From Leucoraja erinacea (lineage: Eukaryota): a stretch of DNA of 64,000 bases. The DNA is taken from positions 108,066,001 to 108,130,000 of the forward strand of contig NC_073377.1 of assembly GCF_028641065.1 (NCBI RefSeq), given 5' to 3'. Positions 1 through 12,555 of the stretch are shown in pieces. A program made the translations under genes and the position numbers. A model generated the notes under the pieces. That model worked only from the letters and a program-made list of their open reading frames with translations. It was not told where the DNA came from and searched no databases. The stretch's first letter is position 1, and every line of letters begins with the position of its first letter.

Positions 1-242
1 CTCATTCTGAGCTTGTCTTAAGAGTTCCGAGATGGATAGTTCTTGGTCTTTGGATTGTGTCCTAGCCTGTGGGCTGGCTTCTTGAGGCTTTCCACAACTG
101 ATGGAGCTATCTTCCTCCAACACAAGAGGGGGCTGTGCTCCCTCGGCATGTCGTTCTCTTGGGCTGGAATGCTCTTTAGAAATTTGGTGTCCCAGTCGTG
201 TGATCTTTGGACTGCACAGATCATCAGAAAGTGCAGAGAAAC
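1..242 (-). CDS. ANK2: ANK2 exon, start of C-terminal regulatory domain (runs off window start)
   Basis: Acceptor ttttctgtttctag| at 243-244; phase-1 open frame GFSALSDDLCSPK...QPPLVLEED, resembling human GFSVLQEELC...HPPIVSEED; phase matches the upstream exon. Confidence 0.85.
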
Positions 243-584
243 CTAGAAACAGAAAAAGTTAAGTGTTTTTCCAGAGCTCTTACTAATAAAGCCTCGGAGG
301 TGGGGCTGAGTCCACAAGCCGTGCTGAGTGAGCCCGCAAGAGTGTAGTCGGGGAGGCCGCTGAGTGGAGTCGGGGAACTGTTGAGTGCAGCTGGGAGGTG
401 CTGTGTGGTGCCGCTGGCCGCTGAGTGGAACCTCCCCCCCCCCCCCCCCCCCACACCCCCCCCTCCACACACCCACACCCCCCTTCCCCCCACCCCCCCC
501 TCCCCCCATACACCCACACTCCCCCTTTACCCCTCCCCGTTCCTCCCCCCTTCCCCCACGCACACAACCCTCCCACACCACCCC

Positions 585-728
585 NNNNNNNNNNNNNNNN
601 NNNNNNNNNNNNNNNNNNNNNNNNNNNNNNNNNNNNNNNNNNNNNNNNNNNNNNNNNNNNNNNNNNNNNNNNNNNNNNNNNNNNNNNNNNNNNNNNNNNN
701 NNNNNNNNNNNNNNNNNNNNNNNNNNNN
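585..728. other. Assembly gap (144 N), preceded by a C-rich low-complexity tract at 435-584
   Basis: Run of N directly visible. Confidence 0.99.
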
Positions 729-1352
729 CCCCTAACTGGGGTCCCATCACCGAGCCTTCCGGTACCCCAATAGTCACTGCCTGTGATTCTGAAAAGGACC
801 CATTAATTCCTACTCTTTGCTTCCTGTCTGCCAACCAGTTCTCTATCCAGGGTAGACACAAAATGCTGGGGTAACTCAGCGGGACAGACAGCATCTCTGG
901 AGGTAAGGAATGGGTGACGTTTTGGGTCGAGATCCTTCTTCAGTCTGAACCTTTAATATTACATCTTTAATAATCGACTCAAGCATCTTCCCCACTACTG
1001 ATGTAAGGCTAACTAGTCTATAATTCCCCATTTTCTCTCTCCCTCCTTTCTTAAAAGGTGGAGTTACCTTAGCTACACTCCAGTCCATAGGAACTGATCC
1101 AGAGTCTATAGAACATTGGAAAATGATCACTAATGCATCCACGCTTTCTAGAGCCACCTCCTTGAGTACTCTGGGATGCAGACCATCAGAACCTGGGGAT
1201 TTATCTGGCTTCAGTCCTGACAGTTTACCTAACACCATTGCCTGACTAATGTGGATTCTCTTCAGTTCCTCCCTCCCACTGGAACCTCGGTCCCCTAGTA
1301 TTTCCGGGAGATTGTTTGTGTATTCCTTAGTGAAGACAGAACCAAAGTACTC

Positions 1353-2590
1353 CCCAGGTACCTTCCCCTGCAACCGCAGAAGGTGCAACACCTGTCCCTA
1401 TACCTCCTCCCTTGACTACCTCCAGGAACCCCGACAGTCCTTTCAGGTTAGGCAGAGGTTCACTTGCACTATATCCTATATCCGTTGTTCAAGATGTGGA
1501 CTCTTATACATCGGCAAGACCAAACGCAGATTGGGCGATCGTTTAGCTGAACACCTCCGCTCAGCCCACCTGAACCAACCTGATCTCCCGGTTGCTGGAC
1601 ACTTTAATTCTCCTTCCTATTCCTATACAGACCTTACTGTCCTAGGTCTCCTCCATTATCAGAGTGAGGCTGAATGCAAATTCTCCCCGTTGGATTGCAA
1701 CCTTGTCGTGGTCGGGGAGCTTGTGTGTCTCAGTGATCCTTAGAGCTATGCCAGCGGGAGACTCGTCTCCTGTTAGGGTCTCCCATGCTGGACAGGTCAA
1801 AGGGTAGAGGCGAGACAAAGAGCGATCCACTGGTCCTCCAGGTTGGAGGTTGAGCACAGGGCTAACAACTGTCTCATAAAACACATATGTTACAGTAACA
1901 GCAACTGAAGGAATCAACAAGGAGTGGAGGACCTCCATTGCTGCCCTACATGCCAGGAGGCAAAATAGGCAAAGATGCTAAACGCAAATTGGAGGAACAG
2001 TATATCATATGTCGCTTGGGCAGCTTACAGCCCAGTGATATGAATATTGATTTCTCTCACTTCAGGTAGCCCCGGCTCTTTATCCATCCCGCACCCAAGC
2101 CACACTAGCTTCTCATTTTCACCCTACAAACAGCTGACAATGGCCTGTTTCCTTTATCATTGTTACTTTTTTGCACATATTTCATTCATTGTTCTTTATC
2201 TCTCCACCACTGTCTATATCTCTCATTTCCCTTATCCCTAACCAGTCTGAGGAAGGGTCTTGACGTGAAATGTCACCCATTCCTTCTCTTCAGAAATGCT
2301 GCCTGGCCCGCTGAGTTACTCCAGCTTTTTGTGTCTATTCCCAGCTAACAATGTACTATTCTACATTTTCCTTGAACTTCATTCCCTTTGACCTATTTTC
2401 ACACCTTACATTTCCTTATCTATCTCCCACTCCCCTTACATCAGTCTGAAGAAGAGTCGAGACCTGAAATGTCACCCATTCCTTTTCTCCAGAGATGCTA
2501 GCTGTCCCGGTATTGTATTGGTATTGTATTGTACTCCAGCTTTTTGTGTCTATCTTTGGTTTAAACCAGCATCTGAAGTTCCTTCTTACA
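1353..2590 (+). mobile_element. Penelope-like element 3' part (GIY-YIG endonuclease plus tandem pseudo-LTR)
   Basis: PCNRRRCNTC...YIRCSRCGLLYIGKTKRRLGDRLAEH; TSD caaagtactc (1343-1352) / caaagtcctc (2591-2600); two degenerate hammerhead motifs near 2247 and 2446. Confidence 0.88.
1683..1976 (+). mobile_element. Short bipartite RTE-derived non-autonomous element
   Basis: RTE-like 5'UTR (ccttgtcgtgg...gagctatgcc...ggacaggtc) joined to an RTE-like 3' end (WRTSIAALHARR); 14-bp TSD gctgaatgcaaatt / gctaaacgcaaatt. Confidence 0.65.
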
Positions 2591-3252
2591 CAAAGTCCTC
2601 ACTTAACTGCTCTGCCATCTCTTTGTTTCCCATTATAAATTCACCTGTCTCTGATTGTAAGGAACCTACATTTGTCTTCACTAATCTTTTACTTTTTACA
2701 TATCTAAAGAAGCTTTTGCAGTCAGTTTTTATATTCCCCGCAGGCTTTCTTTCATGCTCTTTTTCCTCCCTCCTAATTAACCCCTGTGTGCTCCTCTGTT
2801 GAGTTCTAAATTTCTCCTAGTCCTCCGATTTGTTGCTTCCTCTGGCCAATTTATATGCCTCTTCCATGGATTTAACACTATCCTTGATTTCCCTCGTCAG
2901 CCACGGTTGAGCCGCCTTCCCAGTTTTATTTTTTCGCCAGTCAGGGATGACCAATTTTGGAATTCATCCATGCGGTCTTTAAATCTTTGCCATTGCATCT
3001 CCACCGTCAACACTTTAAGTGTAATTTGCCAGTCTAGAATTTAGGGTAGAATTTAGAACTAAGGAAGATGGGATCTGTTTGGTGGGATCATATTAGAGGC
3101 CCCCAATAGTCACCAGAGATTAGAGAAGCAAAGATGGAGGGAAATCACATGGGAATAATGGGGTTGAAATAATTGGTGATTTTAACTTTCCAAATATTAA
3201 CTGGGACTGCCAGAATCATAGGGGATTAGATGGGATAGAACTTAAGTGTGTC

Positions 3253-3527
3253 TTTAGTTTAGTTTAGTTTAGAGATACAGCGCGGAAACAGGCCCTTCGG
3301 CCCATCGAGTCCGCACTGGTCAGTGATCCCCGCATATTAACACTATCCTACGCATACTAGGGACAATTTACATTTATACCAAGCCAATTAACCCACAAAC
3401 CTGTATGTGTTTGGAGTGTGGAAGGAAACCGAAGAACTCGGAGAAAACCCAAGCTTTCATGGGGAGAACGTACAAACTCCGTACAGGCAGCACCCATAAT
3501 CAGGATTGAAATTGTGTCTCTGGTGCT
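3253..3527 (-). mobile_element. V-SINE (HE1/MER6-like)
   Basis: V-domain and (ACTAA)n tail on the minus strand; matches other copies in the window. Confidence 0.8.
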
Positions 3528-4017
3528 GCCTATATCCAGGAATGTTTTCTGAAGAAATATGTAAATTCTCCAACTACAGAAAGAGCTACAAAACCTCTTA
3601 GGGAGCACATGTGTCAGATGTGTCAGTGGCGGATGAGTAACCACAATTCTATCAGTTTTTAAATAGTTATGGAGAAAGTTAGACTGGTTCACCAATATGG
3701 GCAAGGTGATTTTTGATGGCATTAAACCGGGACTTGCAAAGGTGATTTAAGAAGGGCTGCAAGGACAAAGCAAGGAACCAGTAAACCTTACAGAAGTGTG
3801 GGAAAGTTTTTGGAGATGAAACAGAATTTATTTGCTTTTGTAATGGCAAGAACCGAATATGGTTTGTCAGCTTGGCTTTGTGTGGAAAATCGTGTCTCAT
3901 GAATTTGAATGAGTTTTAGAACAGGTGACAAAGAGGATTGACAGGGGCAAGGCACAGACTTTACCAAGGCCTTTGCAAGGTTCTGCATGGTTTGCTGGTC
4001 CAGAAGGTTAGAACATG

Positions 4018-5201
4018 TGAAGGCTTTCGACAAGGTCCCACATAAGAGATTAGAATACAAACTTAAAGCACACGGCATTGGGGGTTCAGTATTGATGTGG
4101 ATAGAGAACTGGCTGGCAAACAGGAAGCAAAGAGTAGGAGTAAACGGGTCCTTTTCACAATGGCAGGCAGTGACTAGTGGGGTACCACAAGGCTCAGTGC
4201 TGGGACCCCAGCTATTTACAATATATATTAATGATCTGGATGAGGGAATTGAAGGCAATATCTCCAAGTTTGCGGATGACACTAAGCTGGGGGGCAGTGT
4301 TAGCTGTGAGGAGGATGCTAGGAGACTGCAAGGTGACTTGGATAGGCTGAGTGAGTAGGCAAATGTTTGGCAGATGCAGTACAATGTGGATAAATGTGAG
4401 GTTATCCACTTTGGTGGCAAAAACAGGAAAGCAGACTGTTATCTAAATGGTGGCCGATTAGGAAAAGGGGAGATGCAACGAGACCTTGGTGTCATGGTAC
4501 ACCAGTCATTGAAAGTAGGCATGCAAGTGCAGCAGGCAGTGAAGAAAGCAAATTGTATGTTAGCTTTCATAGCAAAAGGATGTGAGTATAGGAGCAGGGA
4601 GGTTCTACTGCAGTTGTACAGGGTCTTGGTGAGGCCACACCTGGAGTATTGCGTACAGCTTTGGTTTCCAAATCTGAGGAAGGACATTATTGCCATAGAG
4701 GGAGTGCAGAGAAGGTTCTTGATTCCTGGGATGTCAGGACTTTCATATGAAGAAAGACTGGATAGACTCAGCTTATATTCGTTAGAATTTAGGAGATTGA
4801 GGGGGGATCTTATAGAAATGTACAAAATTCTTAAGGGGTTGGACAGGCTAGATGCAGGAAGATTGTTCCCGATGTTGGGGAAGTCCAGGACAAGGGGTCA
4901 CAGCTTAAGGATAAGGGGGAAATCCTTTAAGACCGAGATGAGAAAAACATTTTTCACACAGAGAGTGGTGAATCTCTGGAACTCTCTGCCACAGAGGGTA
5001 GTTGAGGCCAGTTCATTGGCTATATTTAAGAGGGAGTTAGATGTGGCCCTTGTGGCTAAAGGGATCAGGGGGTATGGAGAGAAGGCAGGTACGGGATACT
5101 GAGTTGGATGATCAGCCATGATCATATTGAATGGCGGTGCAGGCTCAAAGGGCCAAATGGCCTACTGCTGCACCTATTTTCTATGTATCTATATATCTAT
5201 G
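4018..5201 (+). mobile_element. Young CR1 3' fragment (RT C-terminus, 3'UTR, ctatgt tail)
   Basis: KAFDKVPH...[10 protein letters not shown]...FADD...; nearly identical to 10580-11762; premature TAG at 4356-4358. Confidence 0.95.
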
Positions 5202-5689
5202 TGGAATCCAGCGTGAGCTAACCAATTGGATACAAAGTTGGCTCCTTGGTAGGAGGTAGAGGATGATAGTGGAAGGTTATTTTTTCAGAGGAGACCGCTG
5301 AGCAGTGTTGTGCTGCAGGGATCAGGGCCGAACCCCTGTTATTTGTCATCTATTTTAACAATTTGGAGGAGAATGGAGGTGGATATTATTAATAACTTTT
5401 GTGGAAGACCCCAAATGTTTTGTGGACAGTGAAGAAGGTTGTCTAAGGTTACAACAGGATCCAAATCAAATGGAAAAGTGGGCAAAGGAATGGCTGATGA
5501 ATAATTACCTCAGACAAATGTGACGTGATGCATTTTGTTAAACCAGGCCACGACATACGCAGTGAATGGCAGGACCCTGGGAAAGTTTATCCAAGGGGCA
5601 AGATTTTCACACAGAGGGCGGTGCTTGTATGGAACAAGCTCCAGAGGAAGTAGCACAATTACAACATTTAAAAATTATCTGGACATGTT

Positions 5690-6050
5690 GAGGTTGAGAA
5701 CAAGTTCTGCCAGTCAGAGGAGAGGGTTAGAAGAGGGAAATTGATTTGGTCTCTGTTCAAGGAACAACCGAAGGGCCTTGAGACTTTCATGGCCGGAGGT
5801 GGAGGTGTAAAGGGACTGGACGTCCATGGTAAAGATGAGGCAACGGGGCCTTAGCAGTTGAGGAGTCGAAGCGTGTGAAGTGTTTTGGATTTCGGTAAGA
5901 AGGGACTGGAAAAGGGGGTGCTATGATGGAGTCAAGATCTTTGGAGATGAATTCTGTGAGGCAAAAGCAGGGGGAAACAATGGGTCTGCCAGGGTAGTCC
6001 TGTTTGTGAATTTTGGGTAGAAGATTGAAGCAGGCAGTGTAGTGCCTGAT
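5690..6050 (-). mobile_element. Penelope-like RT fragment
   Basis: LLPKIHKQDYPGRPIVS motif typical of PLE reverse transcriptase. Confidence 0.75.
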
Positions 6051-6428
6051 CTGGAAGGGTCCCAACCTCAAACATCACCTACCTATGTTCTCCATAGATG
6101 CTACATGATCAGCTGAGTTACTCCAGCACTATGTGTCTATTTTCTTGGCTCTACTGTTTAAATTAAGCAGCCACTCTATTGATCCCATCAAACTAGATAG
6201 GGTACCATATCTCAATATTTAATTGTAGTCAAAACAAATTTCACTGATATCTTTATCACTCGGAAAACGGTTCCTAATTTCTAAAATGGCAGGAAATCAA
6301 TGATTGCAGTTTGAACTCGTCTTAATTACCTACACCAGTCCCCACAGTACATGCTCCAGCTTGGAATGACATTTGAGTGATTTATTTTTATGGATTTTTT
6401 ATCATTTTATTGTGAGATAGGTTTTTAC

Positions 6429-6575
6429 CTTCACTGTGATCTAGAGCCATTGTCTGCTCAATCTCTGCATAGGTTCGGGAAATATGGTCTCTACTGGGTG
6501 AAGTTTGTGTGGTTTCTAGTAGGTTGATAATATCCATTCGATTGATTTTGTTCAATATCTGCATTAGTTTTTCAT
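6429..6575 (-). CDS. ANK2: ANK2 exon, end of death domain (147 nt, phase 1-1)
   Basis: ttcccag|...|gtaaaa; encodes (D)[20 protein letters not shown]...[18 protein letters not shown](G), cf. human KINRMDIVHLME...SYAEIEQTITLDHSEG. Confidence 0.95.
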
Positions 6576-7002
6576 CTGGGAATGAAAGCAGAAAAAGTAT
6601 TTAACAAATCACCATTCAGCAGAATTAAAATAAGTCTAGTTTGACAGAATGTATTTCTGTATTCCAAGCTAAAATTTCAAACTTATTAAGTTCTAGAGCT
6701 CACACCACCATGACATTCCTGTATGTCAGGAAATTAAGTACATTCTCACAGATATTTTCTAAACCTAGCAGGATGAAATGAAGACAATGAATCAAGTGTT
6801 GTATATATTTCAGTATTCAAACAAGCAAATAAAGAAAATACAAAGAATTACAGATGTTGGTTTACAAAAGAAGACAAAAGCACTGCAGTAACTCAGTGGA
6901 TCTGTCAGCATCTCTGGAAAACATGAATAGGTGACGTTTCAGATCAGGACCATCTTTAGTCTGACGAGACCTGTGATTAGTGGTGTGTCTATTGTCATTT
7001 GT

Positions 7003-7925
7003 CATAGAAACATAGAAAATAGGTGCAAGAGTAGGCCATTCGGCCCTTCGAGCCTGCACCGCCATTCGATATGATCATGGCTGATCATCCAACTCAGTAT
7101 CCCATCCCTGCCTTCTCTCCATACCCCCTGATCCCTTTAGCCACAAGGGCCACATCTAACTCCCTCTTAAATATAGCCAATGAACTGGCCTCAACTACCT
7201 TCTGTGGCAGAGAATTCCACAGATTCACCACTCTCTGTGTAAAGAATGATTTTCTCGTTGCATCTCCCCTTTTCCTAATCAGCCACCATTTAGATAATAG
7301 TCTACTTTCCTGTTTTTGACATCAAAGTGGATAACCTCACATTTATCTACATTATACTGCATCTGCCATGCATTTGCCCACTCACCCAACCTATCCAAGT
7401 CACCTTGCAGCCTCCTAGCATCCTCCTCACAGCTAACACTGCCCCCCAGCTTTGTGTCATCCGCAAACTTGGAGATGTTGCATTCAATTCCCTCATCCAG
7501 ATCATTAATATATATTGTAAATAGCTGGGGTCCCAGCACTGAGCCACGCGGTAGCCCACTAGTCACTGCCTGCCATTCTGAAAGGACCCGTTTACTCCTA
7601 CTCTTTGCTTCCTGTCTGCCAGTCAGTTCTCTATGCACATCAATACTGAACCCCCAATACCGTGTGCTTTAAGTTTGTATACTAATCTCTTATGTGGGAC
7701 CTTGTCGAAAGCCTTCTGAAAGTCCAGATATAACACATCCACTGGTTCTTCCTTATTCACTCTACTAGTTACATCCTCGAAAAATTCTATAAGATTCGTC
7801 AGACATGATTTACCTTTCATAAATCCATGCTGACTTTGTCCAATGAATTCACCACTTTCCAAATGTGCTGCTATCCCATCTTTAATAACTGACTCCAGAA
7901 TTTTCCCCACCACCGATGTTAGACT
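7003..7925 (-). mobile_element. CR1 3' part (host element, continues at 11765-12555)
   Basis: Reverse complement of CR1 RT and 3'UTR; internal deletion near 7257. Confidence 0.93.
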
Positions 7926-10900
7926 GTAGACACGTACAGTGAGTTGGTCACACCGCAGGTAAAAGGTAAGAGGACGGAAGGGGAACGGGTGGCCAATAGT
8001 CAGCAAAGCAGTAGGCAGGTAGTGCAGGAGTCCCCTGCGGTCATCTCCCTCCTAAACAGGTATACCATTTTGGAAACTGTTGAGGGAGATTGCTCATCAG
8101 GGGAATGCAGCAGCAGCCAAGTTCATGGCACCATGGGTGGCTCTGCGGCACATGAGGGGGGGAAAAAGAGTGGAAGGGCAATAGTAATAGGGGATTCAAT
8201 TGTCAGGGGAATAGATAGGCGTTTCTGCCGCCGCAAAAGAGACTCCAGGATGGTATGTTGCCTCCCTGGTGCAAGGGTCAGGGATGTCACTGAACGGCTG
8301 CAGAACATTCTGGAGGGGGAGGGTGAACAGCCAGTTGTCGTGGTGCATATTGGCACCAACGATATAGGTAAAAAAAGGGATGAGGTCCTAAAGGATGAAT
8401 TTAGGGAGCTAGGAGATAAGCTTAAAAGTAGGACCTCAAAGGTAATAATCTCTGGATTACTACCAGTACCACGGGCCAGTCAGAGCAGAAATAGGAGGAT
8501 ATTGCAGATGAATACGTGGCTTGAAAAATGGTGCAAGGGGGAGGGATTCAAATTTTTAGGGCATTGGAACCAGTTCTGGGGGAGGTGGGACCAGTACAAA
8601 CAGGACGGTCTGCACCTGGGCTGGAATGGAACCAATGTCCTTGGGGGGGTGTTTGCTACTGCTGTCGGGGAGGATTTAAACTAATGTGGCAGGGGGATGG
8701 GTACAAGAGCAGAGGGGCAGGGGGGTGTAAAATGAAGGTAGAAGCAATAGGTAGCAAGGTGAAAAGTAAAAGTGGCAGGCAGACAAAACCAGGGCAAAAA
8801 TCAAAAAGGGCCACTTTTCAACATAATTGTATAAGGGGTAAGAGCGTTGTAAAAACAAGCCTGAAGGCTTTGTGTCTCAATGCAAGGAGTATTCGTAATA
8901 AGGTGGATGAGTTGAACGTGCAGATAGCCATTAATGATTATGATATAGTTGGGATCACGGAGACATGGCTCCAGGGTGACCAAGGCTGGGAGCTGAACAT
9001 CCCGGGATATTCAATATTCAGGAGGGATAGAGAGAAAGGAAAAGGAGGTGGGGTAGTGTTGCTGGTTAGAGAGGAGATTAACGCAATGGAAAGGAAGGAC
9101 ATTAGTTTGGAGGATGTGGAATCTGTATGGGTAGAGCTGCGAAACAATAAGGGGCAGAAAACGCTGGTGGGTGTTGTGTACAGGCCACCTAACAGTAGTA
9201 GTGAAGTTGGGGATGGCATCAAACAGGAAATTAGAAATGCTTGCGACAAAGGCAAAGCAGTTATAATGGGTGACTTCAATCTACATATAGATTGGGTGAA
9301 TCAAACTGGCAGGGGTGCTGAGGAAGAGGATTTCTTGGAATGTATACGGGATAGTTATCTAAACCAACATGTAGAGGAACCAACGAGAGAGCTGGCTATT
9401 TTAGACTGGGTATTGAGTAATGAGGAAGGGTTAGTTAGTAGTCTTGTTGTGCGTGGCCCCTTGGGCAAGAGTGACCATAATATGGTTGAGTTCTTCATTA
9501 GGATGGAGAGTGACATTGTTAATTCAGAAACAATGGTTTTGAACTTAAAGAAAGGTAACTTTGAGGGTATGAGACGTGAATTGGCCAAGATTGACTGGCA
9601 ATTAATTCTAAAAGGGTTGACGGTGGATATGCAATGGAAGGCATTTAAAGACTGCATGGATGAACTACAAAAATTGTTCATCCCAGTTTGGCAAAAGAAT
9701 AAATCAGGGAAGGTAGTGCATCCATGGATAACAAGGGAAATCAGGGATAGTATCAAAGCAAAGGATGATGCGTACAAACTAGCCAGAAAAAGCAGCATAC
9801 CGGAGGACTGGGAGAAATTCAGAGACCAGCAGAGGAGGACGAAGGGCTTAATTAGAAAAGGAAAAATGGATTATGAAAGAAAACTGGCAGTGAACATAAA
9901 ATCTGACTGCAAAAGTTTTTATAGATATGTGAAAAGAAAGAGATTAGTTAAAACAAATGTAGGTCCCTTGCAGTCAGAAACAGGTGAGTTGATCATGGGG
10001 AACCAGGATATGGCGGACCAATTGAATAACTACTTTGGTTCCGTCTTCACTAAGGAAGACATAAATGATCTGCCGGAAATAGCAGGGGCCCGCGGGTCAA
10101 AGGAGGTGGAGGAATTGAGTGAAATCCAGGTTAGTCGGGAAGTGGTGTTGGGTAAATTGAATGGATTAAAGGCCGATAAATCCCCAGGGCCAGATAGGCT
10201 GCATCCCAGAGTACTTAAGGAAGTAGCTCCAGAAATAGTGGATGCATTAGTAATAATCTTTCAAAACTCCTTAGATTCTGGAGTAGTTCCAGAGGATTGG
10301 CGGGTAGCAAACGTAACCCCACTTTTTAAGAAGGGAGGGAGAGAGAAAACGGGGAATTACAGACCAGTTAGCCTAACATCGGTAGTGGGGAAACTGCTAG
10401 AGTCAGTTATTAAAGATGGGATAGCAGCACATTTAGAAAGTGGTGAAATCATTGGACAAAGTCAGCATGGATTTACGAAAGGTAAATCATGTCTGACGAA
10501 TCTTATAGAATTTTTCGAGGATGTAACTAGTAGTAGCGTGGATAGGGGAGAACCAGTGGATGTGGTGTATCTGGACTTCCAGAAGGCTTTCGACAAGGTC
10601 CCACATAAGAGATTAGTATACAAACTTAAAGCACATGGCATTGGGGGTTCAGTATTGATGTGGATAGAGAACTGGCTGGCAAACAGGAAGCAAAGAGTAG
10701 GAGTAAAACGGGTCCTTTTCACAATGGCAGGCAGTGACTAGTGGGGTACAGCAAGGCTCAGTACTGGGACCCCAGCTATTTACAATATATATTAATGATC
10801 TGGATGAGGGAATTGAAGGCAATATCTCCAAGTTTGCGGATGACACTAAGCTGGGGGGCAGTGTTAGGTGTGAGGAGGATGCTAGGAGACTGCAAGGTGA

Positions 10901-11762
10901 CTTGGATAGGCTGGGTGAGTGGGCAAATGTTTGGCAGATGCAGTTTAATGTGGATAAATGTGAGGTTATCCATTTTGGTGGCAAAAACGGGAAAGCAGAT
11001 TATTATCTAAACGGTGGCCGATTGGGAAAGGGGGAGATGCAGCGAGACCTGGGTGTCATGGTACACCAGTCATTGAAGGTAGGCATGCAGGTGCAGCAGG
11101 CAGTAAAGAAAGCGAATGGCATGTTGGCTTTCATAGCAAGAGGATTTGAGTATAGGAGCAGGGAGGTTCTACTGCAGTTGTATAGGGTCTTGGTGAGACC
11201 ACACCTGGAGTATTGCGTGCAGTTTTGGTCTCCAAATCTGAGGAAGGACATTATTGCCATAGAGGGAGTGCAGAGAAGGTTCACCAGACTGATTCCTGGG
11301 ATGTCAGGACTGTCTTATGAAGAAAGACTGGATAGACTTGGTTTATACTCTCTAGAGTTTAGGAGATTGAGAGGGGATCTTATAGAAACTTACAAAATTC
11401 TTAAGGGGTTGGACAGGCTAGATGCAGGAAGATTGTTTCCGATGTTGGGGAAGTCCAGGACAAGGGGTTACAGCTTAAGGATAAGGGGGAAATCCTTTAA
11501 AACCGAGATGAGGAGAACTTTTTTCACACAGAGAGTGGTGAATCTCTGGAACTCTCTGCCACAGAGGGTAGTTGAGGCCAGTTCATTGGCTATATTTAAG
11601 AGGGAGTTAGATGTGGCCCTTGTGGCCAAGGGGATCAGAGGGTATGGAGAAAAGGCAGGTACGGGATACTGAGTTGGATGATCAGCCATGATCATATTAA
11701 ATGGCGGTGCAGGCTCGAAGGGCCGAATGGCCTACTCCTGCACCTAATTTCTATGTTTCTTT
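7926..11762 (+). mobile_element. 5'-truncated young CR1 LINE: ORF1 SGNH-esterase part (to 8684) and ORF2 APE+RT (8684-11672, one +1 frameshift near 10705)
   Basis: ORF1 GDSIVRG/HIGTND/DGLHL; ORF2 GITETW, GDFN, SDH, QHGF, FADD; ttctatgt tail. Confidence 0.97.
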
Positions 11763-11764
11763 GT

Positions 11765-12555
11765 TTCCCCGTTTTCTCTCTCCCTCCCTTTTTAAAAAGT
11801 GGGGTTACATTAGCTACCCTCCAGTCCTCAGGAACTACTCCAGAATCTAAAGAGTTTTGAAAAATGATCACTAATGCATCCACTATTTCTGCGGCTACTT
11901 CCTTAAGTACTCTGGGATGCAACTTATCTGGCCCTGGGGATTTATCGGCCTTTAATCCATTCAATTTACTTAACACCACTTTCTGGCTAACCTGGATTTC
12001 ACTCAGTTCCTCCATCTCATTTAACTCCCGGTCCCTTGCTATTTCCGGCAAATTATTTATGTCTTCCTTAGTGAAGACAGAACCAAAGTAGTTATTCAAT
12101 TGGTCTGCCATGTCCTTGTTCCCCATGATCAATTTGCCTGTTTCTGACTGCAAGGGACCTACATTTGTTTTAACTAATCTTTTCCTCTTCACATATCCAT
12201 AAAAAACATTTGCAGTCAGTTTTTATGTTCCCTGCCAGTTTTCTTTCATAATCTATATCCCCTTTCCTAATTAAGCCTTTTGTCCTCCTCTGCTGGACTG
12301 AATTTCTCCCAGTCCTCTGGTAGGCTGCTTTTTCTGGCTAATTTGTACGCTTCGCCTTTTGTCGATACTATTCCTGATTTCCCTTGTTATCCACAGATGC
12401 ACCACCTTCCCTGATTTATTCTTTTGCCAAACTGGGATGAACAATTGTTGTAGATCAACCATGCAGTTTTTAAATGCCTTCCATTGCATATCCACCGTCA
12501 ACCCTTTAAGAATCATTTGCCAGTCTATCTTGGTCAATTCACGTCTCATACCCTC
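11765..12555 (-). mobile_element. CR1 ORF2 mid-section (upstream half of the 7003-7925 host element)
   Basis: KTNVGPLQSETG...VTPLFKKGGREKTG; collinear with 7003-7925. Confidence 0.92.

Larger units (their letters stand above)
729..3040 (-). mobile_element. CR1 LINE ORF2 fragment, split by nested insertions
   Basis: KSPGSDGLHPRVLKE, VTPPFKKGGREK and WIENWLADRKQRV motifs; sequence resumes at 2591 after the Penelope insertion. Confidence 0.9.

Noticed and set aside
435-584. G-quadruplex regulatory tract on the pre-mRNA and Pro/Gly-rich ORFs
   Set aside because: Adjacent to an assembly gap and likely low-quality sequence.
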